The notes below the pieces were generated by a model. That model ran no database searches and was not told where the DNA came from. It saw nothing but the letters and a program-made list of their open reading frames with translations. Positions 18,152 to 27,291 of a stretch of 39,267 nt of DNA are shown piece after piece (the stretch's first letter is position 1; the number at the start of each line of letters is the position of its first letter). The position numbers and the translations under genes are program-made. Location of the stretch: positions 1 through 39,267 of the forward strand of contig CAZYJK010000002.1 in assembly GCA_964647865.1 (NCBI GenBank), in the 5' to 3' direction. The stretch comes from an uncultured Veillonellaceae bacterium (GTDB lineage: Bacteria; Bacillota; Negativicutes; UBA1444).

Positions 18152-18823
18152 ATGGAAAGAAAACTTTACTCGAACGAACTGGCCGGCATTAAACAACTAA
18201 CGCTAGAAATGGGCCAGAAAACCGTTGACGCGGTTAGGTTCGCCACGCAGGCGCTTATAAGCAATGATGCGGATATCGCCGGTAAGGCGCGCAGTCTGGA
18301 GAAAGAAGTCGATGTGTTATATCGGCAGATAGATGACAGGTGCATCGTCAGTATTGCCACCCAGCAACCGATGGCCGGCGATTTGCGGTTTCTTGTCTCA
18401 ACGCTTAAAATCGCTACTGAAATCGAACGAATTGCCGATTACGCTAATAATATCGCCAAAATGGTGCAACGAAAGTTTTGTAGCGAAGACATGTCACCGA
18501 CCGAATCACTGAAACCGGCCGTCGATATCATGTCTCGCGAAGCAATCAGCATGCTGACGGAAGCGCTGACGGCGTATGAGAAGAATGATGCGGATCTGGC
18601 GATGTTGGTTCCTCAGCGGGATGCGCTGGTCAATCGGCTGAACAAGGACTTGTTCCGCAATATCCTGGCAATGGCCACCGTCAAGAAATATGCCAATGAA
18701 CTGGCGATGGACTTTCATACAGCGGTGCGCTATATCGAGCGGGTGGCCGACCGATCGGGCAATATCGCGGAATATGTGTACTATGCCGTAACCGGCTACC
18801 GTTTTCCGGATAACAAAAAGTAA
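18152..18823 (+). CDS. phoU: Phosphate-signalling regulatory protein PhoU
   Basis: 223 aa. Two PhoU repeats with the E/D-x3-D-type motifs ATEIERIADYANNIAKMV and IERVADRSGNIAEYV. Confidence 0.92.
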   Translation: MERKLYSNELAGIKQLTLEMGQKTVDAVRFATQALISNDADIAGKARSLEKEVDVLYRQIDDRCIVSIATQQPMAGDLRFLVSTLKIATEIERIADYANNIAKMVQRKFCSEDMSPTESLKPAVDIMSREAISMLTEALTAYEKNDADLAMLVPQRDALVNRLNKDLFRNILAMATVKKYANELAMDFHTAVRYIERVADRSGNIAEYVYYAVTGYRFPDNKK

Positions 18824-18870
18824 GCAATTGCAGTGAACATTTGAATCGGGGGGAGGCAGCGGCCTTGCCT

Positions 18871-19542
18871 ATGGAATGGATCCTTAGTGAATTGACAGAT
18901 GTCATGCGCCTGGTGATTGCGGCGTTTCTCGGCGGCGTTGTCGGACTGGAACGCCAGCAACGGCATAAGTCGGCAGGACTGCGGACCCATATTCTGGTGA
19001 GTCTGGGGTCTTGTCTCGTCATGGTGATTTCAATCAAAATCTATACCGGCGTTCAGGGACTGACCAATGCCGACCCGGCACGTTTGGCCGCGCAAGTGGT
19101 CAGCGGGATCGGTTTTCTTGGCGCTGGCACGATTATGAAAGAAGGCTTGACGATCAAGGGCCTTACAACCGCAGCCAGCCTGTGGGTGGTTGCAGGGGTC
19201 GGACTGGCGGTGGGTGGCGGATATTATGTCGGGGCTGTGGCGACGACGGTGTTGTCAGTACTTGCACTGACATATTTGCCGCGCTACGAACGTCTTTACG
19301 GTTGTGGACCGTCGCAGGTCGCGATGATTATCAAGTCGGTGGACAAGCCGGGGCAAATCGGCCGGGTCGGTTCTTATCTCGGCACCAAGAATGTGGCAAT
19401 CTGCGATATCAAAATCGACGAGGTCGGCAAGAATGAAATCCATATTTCGGTGATTTTAGACATGACAGACCGGCGAATGTTGCCGGATATCCTGGAAGGG
19501 CTGAAAGCAATCGAAGGAGTAAACGACGTTTGGCAGGAGTGA
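18871..19542 (+). CDS. MgtC/SapB-family membrane protein with C-terminal ACT-like domain
   Basis: FLGGVVGLERQQRHKSAGLRTHILVSLGSCLVMV is the MgtC-family signature region, followed by 4-5 TM and a soluble tail. Start is uncertain: ATG 18871, or TTG 18865 which sits 8 nt after GGAGG 18852-56. Confidence 0.85.
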   Translation: MEWILSELTDVMRLVIAAFLGGVVGLERQQRHKSAGLRTHILVSLGSCLVMVISIKIYTGVQGLTNADPARLAAQVVSGIGFLGAGTIMKEGLTIKGLTTAASLWVVAGVGLAVGGGYYVGAVATTVLSVLALTYLPRYERLYGCGPSQVAMIIKSVDKPGQIGRVGSYLGTKNVAICDIKIDEVGKNEIHISVILDMTDRRMLPDILEGLKAIEGVNDVWQE

Positions 19543-19663
19543 TTGTTGCAGGAATTGGCCGGAGTAGGGCGAACAGTACATGGAGGAACAGATTTGCAGG
19601 GTTTTACGACCGCTGAGCCGGTCGATAGGATAGAGCGAAAAGTTGAAAGGATGGGGTAGTGGA

Positions 19664-20701
19664 ATGAGAAAAGCAACAGTTATCTTGGCACTGACGATGT
19701 TTGTCATTGCGGCAATGGTCACGGGCTGCGGCGGCGGCGACAAGAAACCGGCAGAACAGCCGAAAGCCAAAGGGCCCTCCGGGACCTTGATGATTTATAC
19801 CTCGATTTACCCGGACATCGTCGAACTCGTCAAGCCGGCGATCGCCAAGAAATTTCCCGACTTAAAGGTAAACTGGTTCCAGGCAGGTTCCGAGCAGGTC
19901 ATGGCTAAACTTGCCGGTGAAATCGAAGCGAAAAAAGTGCAGGCCGATGTATTGCTTGTGGCGGATCCGGCCTATTATCTGACGCTTAAGGACAAAGGCC
20001 TGTTGATGAAATATGATTCGCCGATGCGCAAAGACATCACCGGCAACAAAGATACCGAAGGGTTCTGGACCGGCGTACGGATCAATGCCATCGTAATGGC
20101 CTATAACACAAAGAAAGTCAAGCCGGAAGAAGCGCCGAAGACTTGGCAGGAATTGTTGGACCCGAAATGGAAAGGCCGCATCGCCATGCCCAATCCGTTG
20201 TTGTCGGGAACGGCATACGTCGGTGTAGGTGCGTTGGCGCAAAAATATGGCTGGGAATACTTTGATAAACTGAAAGCAAACGGCATCAAGGTCGAATCCG
20301 GCAACACCGCGCTGCAGAACAAATTAATCCAGGGCGAGTATGATGTCGTAATCATCCTGGAAGAAAACATCCTCAAGATGGGCGCCAAGGGTGAACCGGT
20401 AAAAGTTGCTTATCCTGCCGACGGCGCGATTATCAACCCGAGCCCGATCGCCATCTTCTCCAGCGCCCAAAATCCGGAAGCCGCCAAGGCGCTGACGGAC
20501 TGGTGGCTGTCGAAGGAAGGCCAGGAAATGGTGGTCAAAGGCTGGATGCACTCGGTGCGTGACGATGTGGCCGCGCCCAAAGGCGCGCCTGCTCTGAAGA
20601 CATTGATGCCGACCGCACTCAAAATTGACTGGAACCAACTGGCGAAAGAAAATGAAAAAGTGAAAGAACAATTCCGGTCCCGGGTATTGGAAAAGAAATA
20701 A
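19664..20701 (+). CDS. ABC importer lipoprotein substrate-binding protein (SBP4), system III
   Basis: Start at MRKATVILALTMFVIAAMVTGCGG (lipobox); the ORF track starts at TTG 19643. Close paralogue of SBP2. Confidence 0.88.
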   Translation: MRKATVILALTMFVIAAMVTGCGGGDKKPAEQPKAKGPSGTLMIYTSIYPDIVELVKPAIAKKFPDLKVNWFQAGSEQVMAKLAGEIEAKKVQADVLLVADPAYYLTLKDKGLLMKYDSPMRKDITGNKDTEGFWTGVRINAIVMAYNTKKVKPEEAPKTWQELLDPKWKGRIAMPNPLLSGTAYVGVGALAQKYGWEYFDKLKANGIKVESGNTALQNKLIQGEYDVVIILEENILKMGAKGEPVKVAYPADGAIINPSPIAIFSSAQNPEAAKALTDWWLSKEGQEMVVKGWMHSVRDDVAAPKGAPALKTLMPTALKIDWNQLAKENEKVKEQFRSRVLEKK

Positions 20702-20725
20702 CTGACGTTGTTATGTCAAAGCAGG

Positions 20726-20753
20726 CGGAGGTGGAGCAACTGCTCCACCTCCG
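20726..20753 (+). other. Strong intercistronic stem-loop after the SBP4 gene, no T-tract
   Basis: GGAGGTGGAGC (20727-37), loop AACT, GCTCCACCTCC (20742-52), extended by the C20726:G20753 pair. This gives 12 perfect base pairs 25 nt after the stop codon. Confidence 0.7.
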
Positions 20754-20782
20754 TATAATGCCAGTATGCAGGGGGTTTGTTC

Positions 20783-22465
20783 GTGGGAAAAAAATGGCTT
20801 CCCCAGTGGGACACCAAATGGATCATGATTCTTTCGGCAGTAGCGTCTTTGGTCGTTTTTGTCGTATTGCCGATGCTTTATCTGGTCTACAAGAGCTTCA
20901 TCATCAATGGAACTCTGGACATACATCATTATCAAACGGTATACAGCAAGGCTGTCAACTGGAATGCGCTGAGCAATACGATCAAGGTTTCGCTGTACTC
21001 GACAGTGCTGGCCATATTGATCTCTTTTCCGCTCGCCTGGTTGATCGGCCGGACAGATTTGCCCTGGAAAGGATTCTTTAGAACGCTGTTTGTCGCAACC
21101 TATATGATTCCTCCCTATGTAGGCGCAATCGCCTGGATTCAACTGCTAAATCCGCGGGTGGGCTATGTCAATAAATTCTTGGTCGAGACGTTTCATTTGG
21201 CCGATGCCCCGTTCAACATTTACTCGATGACTGGCATGGTCTGGTGTTTGACCCTGTTCTATGCGCCTTTCGCCTTTATCACGATTTCTCGGGCGATGGA
21301 AAAGATGGACCCGACACTGGAAGAAGCTTCCCGCGTTTCCGGCGCCTCGCCGCTGCGGACGCTCTGGAACGTGACGATACCGCTGATGTATCCGAGCATT
21401 TTGGCTGGCGGCATTCTGGTATTCATCGGCGTCGCTTCCGCTTTCGGCACACCCTCGATTATCGGTATGCCGGCTAATATCGAAGTGCTGACGACCCGTA
21501 TCGTCACCTATATCTATATGGGCGATACCAAAGGGATCCAGGAGGCGACCGCTTTGGCGGTGTCACTGATGTTGGCGGCCAACGGACTATTGTATCTGTC
21601 GATGTTCGGTCTGGGCAAAAAAGAGTACGTAACCATCGGCGGCAAAAGCACCCGCCCCAATCTGGTGGAACTCGGCAAATGGAAGTGGCCGGCATTTTCC
21701 GTCGTGATGGGCTATGGCGCGATTTCAGTTTTCCTGCCGATCGGCTCGGTGCTGGTGACATCGCTGATCAAATCGATGTCCCGACCGGTGACATGGGACA
21801 ATCTGACGCTGGCAACCTGGAAAGCGGCGCTGGAAAACACCCAGTACACGGAACCACTGATGAACAGCTTCATCCTGGCGATCACCGCCGCGACGGTCGC
21901 CACCATCATCGGTATCTTCATAGCGTACCTGTTGATGAAAACAAAAGCAAAAGGCCGCAAAATCCCCGACGCACTGGCCACGCTTGGCGGAGCCACACCG
22001 GGTATCGTTATCGCACTGGCGCTGATCATTACTTTTTCCGGCAACTTTGGTCTGAACCTGTATTCCACGATGACGATTCTGGTGGTAGGCTACATTGTCA
22101 AGTATCTGACGATGTCGGTCCGTACGATTTCTGCCTCGCTTAGCCAGGTTCATCCCTCACTGGAGGAAGCGGCGTTAAACTCGGGTGCCAGCTGGCTGCA
22201 GTCATTGCGCGATATCATGTGGCCGTTGATTCGGCCTTCGGTCGTGGCAGGCTGGTTCCTTGTCTTCATGCCTTCCTTTTATGAATTGACAATGTCAATT
22301 ATTCTCTACGGTTCACAGACAAAAACCATCGGCGTGTTGCTGTATGAACTTCAGACCTATGCCGACCCGCAGGACGCATCGGTGTTGGCCGTAATCATCC
22401 TCTTGATCGTTCTGGTCGGAAACCTAGCCTTGCGCAAGGTTTCACGCGGCCAGATCGGGATTTGA
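20783..22465 (+). CDS. ABC importer fused two-domain permease, system III
   Basis: ~560 aa. EAA loops EEASRVSGASPLRTLWNVTIPL and EEAALNSGASWLQSLRDIMWPL. GTG 20783 lies 7 nt after AGGGGG (20770-75); the ORF-track TTG 20777 is only 1 nt from it. Confidence 0.88.
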   Translation: MGKKWLPQWDTKWIMILSAVASLVVFVVLPMLYLVYKSFIINGTLDIHHYQTVYSKAVNWNALSNTIKVSLYSTVLAILISFPLAWLIGRTDLPWKGFFRTLFVATYMIPPYVGAIAWIQLLNPRVGYVNKFLVETFHLADAPFNIYSMTGMVWCLTLFYAPFAFITISRAMEKMDPTLEEASRVSGASPLRTLWNVTIPLMYPSILAGGILVFIGVASAFGTPSIIGMPANIEVLTTRIVTYIYMGDTKGIQEATALAVSLMLAANGLLYLSMFGLGKKEYVTIGGKSTRPNLVELGKWKWPAFSVVMGYGAISVFLPIGSVLVTSLIKSMSRPVTWDNLTLATWKAALENTQYTEPLMNSFILAITAATVATIIGIFIAYLLMKTKAKGRKIPDALATLGGATPGIVIALALIITFSGNFGLNLYSTMTILVVGYIVKYLTMSVRTISASLSQVHPSLEEAALNSGASWLQSLRDIMWPLIRPSVVAGWFLVFMPSFYELTMSIILYGSQTKTIGVLLYELQTYADPQDASVLAVIILLIVLVGNLALRKVSRGQIGI

Positions 22466-22484
22466 CCTGAAAGGAGCCAGGATT

Positions 22485-23528
22485 GTGGCAGATGTAAAAA
22501 TCACTTCCGTAACCAAGAAATTCGGCGATGTTTTTGCAGTAAACAATTTCAATGCTTTGATCAAGGATGGCGAATTTGTCTCGATTTTAGGACCATCCGG
22601 CTGTGGCAAGACCACCATGTTGCGGATGATTGCCGGTTTTGAGCGGGCAACCGAAGGTGAAATCGCCATCGGTGACCAGATTGTCAGCAAATCGGACGCC
22701 GGGATCTTCGTGCCGCCGGAAAAACGTCATATTGGCATGGTGTTTCAATCCTATGCCGTCTGGCCGCACATGAATGTTTTTGACAATGTGGCTTATCCGC
22801 TCAAAATCCAAAAAGTGCCGGCAGATAAATTGAAGGAACGGACGGAACAGGCGCTTGATTTGGTTCACCTGGCCGAGTATGCGGCGCGGTTCCCCAATCA
22901 GCTGTCAGGCGGACAGCAACAACGCGTTGCGTTGGCACGGGCGCTTGTCGCCGAGCCGAGCTTACTGCTGCTGGACGAACCTCTGTCCAACCTCGACGCC
23001 AAGCTGCGGGAAAGCATGCGGTTTGAAATCAAGGACCTGCAGAAAAAACTCGGCATCACCGTTGTGTATGTTACGCATGACCAGGCAGAAGCGATGGCGA
23101 TGTCGGACCGGATCGTCGTCATGCACAAAGGGGTCATTCAACAAGTTGACGAACCGATCCGCGTCTACGAGCATCCTGCGAACCCGGTCGTAGCGGACTT
23201 CATCGGCCTGGTCAACTTCCTGGAAGGGGAGGCCGCTGCAGGACAGATCAGATTCAAGGCACTCGACTGTTCTATTCCGGCGAAGGTTTCTTTTGAAGGA
23301 CCGGCCCGGGTCGCCGTTCGACCGGAGCATATCCGGATTTCCAAGACCGATGGTTATTTGCGCGGAAAACTGGTCAACAAGTTTTACCTGGGCGATTCCA
23401 CAGACTGCCGGGTATTGGTTGGCGACACAGAGTTGCGGGTGATTGACCGCGGCGCAGCGTTTGCCGAATATAGCGACGGCGAAGATGTATTCCTCAGCTT
23501 CGGGCATGTGATGGCATTTCCGAAATGA
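22485..23528 (+). CDS. ABC importer ATP-binding protein, system III
   Basis: GTG start 8 nt after AAGGAG. Walker [10 protein letters not shown], signature LSGGQQQR, Walker B LLLDEPLS. Confidence 0.92.
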   Translation: MADVKITSVTKKFGDVFAVNNFNALIKDGEFVSILGPSGCGKTTMLRMIAGFERATEGEIAIGDQIVSKSDAGIFVPPEKRHIGMVFQSYAVWPHMNVFDNVAYPLKIQKVPADKLKERTEQALDLVHLAEYAARFPNQLSGGQQQRVALARALVAEPSLLLLDEPLSNLDAKLRESMRFEIKDLQKKLGITVVYVTHDQAEAMAMSDRIVVMHKGVIQQVDEPIRVYEHPANPVVADFIGLVNFLEGEAAAGQIRFKALDCSIPAKVSFEGPARVAVRPEHIRISKTDGYLRGKLVNKFYLGDSTDCRVLVGDTELRVIDRGAAFAEYSDGEDVFLSFGHVMAFPK

Positions 23529-24331
23529 GTTCACTCGCTGACATCCGGTTGTTTTTGCTGGACATGGATGGCACTGTATATCTGGGGAGCCGGCTGTTGC
23601 CCGGTTCCCTGGATTTTTTACGCTATCTGAGAGAGACCTCGCGGGATCACCTGTTTTTGACCAACAATTCATCACGCAATGCGAATTACTATGCCGAAAA
23701 ACTGACCCGTCTCGGCTGGCCGGCTAAACCGGAAGAAGTGCTTACCTCCGGCGAGGCGACTGCTCTGTACCTGGGCGGACTCAAGCCGTCCGCACGGGTT
23801 TACCTGCTGGGCACGCCGGATCTGGAACAGGAATTTATCGAGCATGGGTTTGTCTTGACGAATGAAAAGCCGGATTACGTAGTGCTGGGGTTTGACATGA
23901 CGCTGACCTACGAAAAATTGGTGCAGGCCTGTGATCTGGTTCGTTCCGGCGTTCCATTCATAGCCACGCATCCCGACTTCAACTGTCCGACCGAAACCGG
24001 CTATATTCCTGACTGCGGTGCGATGATCGCCCTGATTACGGCGTCGACGGGAGTTAAGCCCCAGGTAATCGGCAAACCCAATCGAGAAATCATCGATGCA
24101 ATGTTCCGCAAGAAACCGGTGGCGCGATCGCAGGTGGCGATGGTCGGTGACCGGCTTTACACCGATATCGTGATGGGACACAATGCCGGAGTAGCTTCGA
24201 TTTTGGTCCTTTCGGGCGAAGCGAAGCGCGAAGATATCGAAACTGCACCGGTCAAACCGGATTATGTGATGAGCGGGCTGGCGGAACTGCATGCAGCATT
24301 GCGTCAGGCGGATGAGAACCGTCAGAAGTAA
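23525..24331 (+). CDS. HAD-IIA phosphatase, NagD/sugar-phosphate phosphatase-like
   Basis: Motif I FLLDMDGTVY, motif II LTNNSS, GKP, motif IV GDRLYTDI. ATGA overlap with the preceding ATPase gene. Confidence 0.88.
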   Translation: MSSLADIRLFLLDMDGTVYLGSRLLPGSLDFLRYLRETSRDHLFLTNNSSRNANYYAEKLTRLGWPAKPEEVLTSGEATALYLGGLKPSARVYLLGTPDLEQEFIEHGFVLTNEKPDYVVLGFDMTLTYEKLVQACDLVRSGVPFIATHPDFNCPTETGYIPDCGAMIALITASTGVKPQVIGKPNREIIDAMFRKKPVARSQVAMVGDRLYTDIVMGHNAGVASILVLSGEAKREDIETAPVKPDYVMSGLAELHAALRQADENRQK

Positions 24332-24365
24332 TATTTATCCGAGACCTTGGTTCGACAATGAAACA

Positions 24366-24402
24366 AGCCGTACAGAGGAGCTGAGAGCTCCGCTGTACGG
24401 CT
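24366..24402. terminator. Bidirectional rho-independent terminator between convergent operons
   Basis: AGCCGTACAGAGGAGC-TGAGA-GCTCCGCTGTACGGCT gives 15 bp with one mismatch. U-rich flanks on both strands (TTCTGTGTT on plus, TTGTTTCATT on minus). Confidence 0.8.
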
Positions 24403-24457
24403 TCTGTGTTGCCAGGGAAATTTGTCGAGAAAGGATAGCGCCTGCTTTTTTAATCTG

Positions 24458-25735
24458 TTATTTCTTCAAATAGTTCGGCAACCAGGTCGCCAGGTCGGGT
24501 TGCCAGGCAACGATGGCAATCGTAAGCACCATCAGCAGGGCAAAAGGCAGTACGCCGCGCAGAATTTCCGTCATTCTGGTTCCCGGCGAAATCCCCTGGA
24601 TTACGAATAGATTCATCCCGACCGGTGGCGTAATCAGTGCCAGTTCAAGATTGATCACCATGATCACGGCAAACCAGATCGGATCGAAGCCGAGTTTTAA
24701 AATCAAGGGGTAGAGTAGTGGCACCGTGATCAGGATGATCGAGATCGATTCCAGAACGCAGCCCAGGAACAACAACAAGGCGTTGATGGCCAGGAACACG
24801 ACCCAGCGACTGACAGCCATTCCTGTCACCAACTCGGTGAGCTGCTGGGGAATCTGCATGATGGTCAGGATAAAACCGTACTGCATGGCGCCGATAACGA
24901 TGGCCAGCACCATGGCGTTGCTTTTGGCCGTTTCGACCAGAATACCTGGCAGATCACGCAAAGTCAGGGTCCGATAGATGAAGAACGTGATGAACAAACT
25001 GTAAATGGTGCCGACCGCAGCAGCTTCCGTCGGTGTGAAGATCCCGGTGTAAATGCCGCCGATAATCAGCACAGGCAGGAACAGGCCCCAACTGGAATGC
25101 CGCAGTGCGGCGATTCGCTCGTCCCAGGTTGCGGGATCTTGCGACGGAACTTTTTTTGATACGAACAAAACCACATACAAGATGAACAGTCCGGTAAGCA
25201 GAATCCCCGGCACTACACCGGCCATGAACAGTTCGCCCACCGATTCGCTGGTGATGGCGCCGAACAGGATCATCGGGATGCTTGGCGGAATCAGGATGCC
25301 CAGTGTACCGCCGCCGGCAACCAACCCGAGCACCAGCTCCTTTGGGTAGCCGCGTGAAACCATCTCGGGAATCGCCACCATGCCGATCGTGACGGCCGTG
25401 GCGACGCTGGAACCGGAAATCGCCGCAAATGCGGCGCAGGCGAGGACCGTTGCAATACCAAGACCGGCAGGCAGATGGCGGACCCATTTGCTGGCGACTT
25501 CGTACAAATCATTGCCGACCCTGCCGGTAAGCAGGATTTGACTGAGCAGGATATAAAGCGGGATGGAGGACAGCACAAAGTCATCCAGCGTCTTATAGGC
25601 GATGATTGGAATCTGCGTCAACGACTGGGGGCCCATCAATACAGCGAACCCGGCCATACCGGTCAACCCGAGGCTGAATGCGACCGGCAGCCCGATTAGC
25701 AGTAGGAAAAACAACGAACCGACAATCGTAAGCAT
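24458..25735 (-). CDS. dctM: TRAP transporter large permease (DctM family)
   Basis: 425 aa, ~12 TM. Typical DctM N-terminus MLTIVGSLFFLLLIGLPVAFSLGL. One-nt overlap (TGATG) with the dctQ stop. Confidence 0.9.
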   Translation of the reverse strand: MLTIVGSLFFLLLIGLPVAFSLGLTGMAGFAVLMGPQSLTQIPIIAYKTLDDFVLSSIPLYILLSQILLTGRVGNDLYEVASKWVRHLPAGLGIATVLACAAFAAISGSSVATAVTIGMVAIPEMVSRGYPKELVLGLVAGGGTLGILIPPSIPMILFGAITSESVGELFMAGVVPGILLTGLFILYVVLFVSKKVPSQDPATWDERIAALRHSSWGLFLPVLIIGGIYTGIFTPTEAAAVGTIYSLFITFFIYRTLTLRDLPGILVETAKSNAMVLAIVIGAMQYGFILTIMQIPQQLTELVTGMAVSRWVVFLAINALLLFLGCVLESISIILITVPLLYPLILKLGFDPIWFAVIMVINLELALITPPVGMNLFVIQGISPGTRMTEILRGVLPFALLMVLTIAIVAWQPDLATWLPNYLKK

Positions 25736-26187
25736 CAGTGGCCTCCCTTCTCTGCGGCTGCAGAGTCAGGATCCAGCAAGTTGGCGATGAACTGCAATGA
25801 AAGCAATGCAAAGCCGACTGGCAGGGCCATCTGCGGCAGATAAAGCGGAACGCGCAGGGTGCTTACCGAAAGCATGTTCAACCGATAAGAGTTGAGGACC
25901 ATTTCGGCGCTGGTATAGAGAAAAACCAGGCTGAACAGCAAGCCCAGCAGGGAGACGAGAAGCTTAAGCGCCTTGTTTGCTGCGGGCGACAGATTGCTGA
26001 CGACCAAATCCACGCTGATATGTTTGCCGGCGGCCAGTGCCGGGGCAAAACCGAGGAAGGCGCTGACCATGACCAGATACACCGAGGTTTCATTGACCCA
26101 TTCGGTCGGTGCATTGAAGACAAAGCGCAACACCACTTCATAAGCAACAATAATGGCGGTCGCGAGGATGCAAATCCCCGCGATCAC
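25735..26187 (-). CDS. dctQ: TRAP transporter small permease (DctQ family); the N-terminus may extend to 26238
   Basis: 150 aa from GTG 26187 with no SD. The in-frame upstream stretch IRTFIVRLATWASRVSG is open back to an ATT at 26238, which lies 5 nt after GGTGG. Confidence 0.8.
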   Translation of the reverse strand: MIAGICILATAIIVAYEVVLRFVFNAPTEWVNETSVYLVMVSAFLGFAPALAAGKHISVDLVVSNLSPAANKALKLLVSLLGLLFSLVFLYTSAEMVLNSYRLNMLSVSTLRVPLYLPQMALPVGFALLSLQFIANLLDPDSAAAEKGGH

Positions 26188-26250
26188 GCCACTGACACGA
26201 CTAGCCCAAGTAGCCAGCCTGACAATGAATGTTCTAATTTAAACCACCGC

Positions 26251-27291
26251 CTACTTTAGGTTTTTGCAGAACTCGACCATTTGTTTGCCGACTTCGCCAG
26301 TGCGCTTGATGAACAGGGCATGCACAGATTCAGTAGCTTTTTGCCAGGCGGCGATTTCATTTTCGGGAACGACATGAACCTGCATGCCTTTTTCCTTGAG
26401 GCCTTTCAATGCCTTATCCTCTTCGTTCTTAACCTGAGCGCGGATGTCCTTTTCCACTTCTTTGGCAGCTTCCTGCACCGCTTTCTTTTGGTCGGCGGAC
26501 AGCTTGTTCCAGGATTTCAGATTCATGCTGGCGATGAATTCTGGGAAGGCGTGATTGGTAATCGTCAGGTATTTGCTGACTTCATACATTTTACGGTCCA
26601 TCATCGCTGTCGTGCCAGAAGTCTGGCCGTCGATGGTATTGCGTTGCAAGGCCATGTAAACTTCGCCTGCCCCCATTGTGACCGGCGCTGCGCCGAGCGC
26701 TTTAATCGTTTCCGAAGGCAGCTCGCCATAGCCGCGGAGTTTGAGCCCTTTGAAGTCTTCCGGCTTGGTCAGCGGGCGCTTATTGTTGGCAAACTGGACA
26801 AAACCATAGTCAACCCAGATTAGCGGTTTGACGCCCTTTTTCTCCATTTCGGCGGCCAGTTTTTCACCAACGCCGCCCTCAAGAGCTTTGGCGACCTTTT
26901 CATAGCTGGGGAACAGGAACGGAACGTCGAAGATCTCCATGACCGGGATGACCGAAGCCCACATCGCGGTGGAGTTGAGTCCGATGTCAATACCGCCGGA
27001 CATCAACGCTTCATTCATGCTCTTATCATTATATAGCTGACCGGAAGGGTAAATTTGCACGGTAACGGAGCCTTTGGATTTTTCGCTGACCTTTTTGGCG
27101 AAGTTGTCCATGCCGCGAGCCATGTGGTTGGTGATCGGCAGGTTGTGGGCAAATTTCAGGGTGACTTTTTCCGCGGCAGCCGGAGTGGACGGTGAAGCGG
27201 GCTTTGCGCCGCCGCAACCGGCGACAAAGGCGAGCAAGAAGATGGCGGCGAGTGCCGGGACAAACCAACGGGTGAATCTGCTGTTTTTCAT
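26251..27291 (-). CDS. dctP: TRAP transporter lipoprotein substrate-binding protein (DctP family)
   Basis: 346 aa. Lipobox AFVAGCGG. DctP-type body (FAHNLPITNHMARGMDNFAKKV...). Confidence 0.9.
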   Translation of the reverse strand: MKNSRFTRWFVPALAAIFLLAFVAGCGGAKPASPSTPAAAEKVTLKFAHNLPITNHMARGMDNFAKKVSEKSKGSVTVQIYPSGQLYNDKSMNEALMSGGIDIGLNSTAMWASVIPVMEIFDVPFLFPSYEKVAKALEGGVGEKLAAEMEKKGVKPLIWVDYGFVQFANNKRPLTKPEDFKGLKLRGYGELPSETIKALGAAPVTMGAGEVYMALQRNTIDGQTSGTTAMMDRKMYEVSKYLTITNHAFPEFIASMNLKSWNKLSADQKKAVQEAAKEVEKDIRAQVKNEEDKALKGLKEKGMQVHVVPENEIAAWQKATESVHALFIKRTGEVGKQMVEFCKNLK

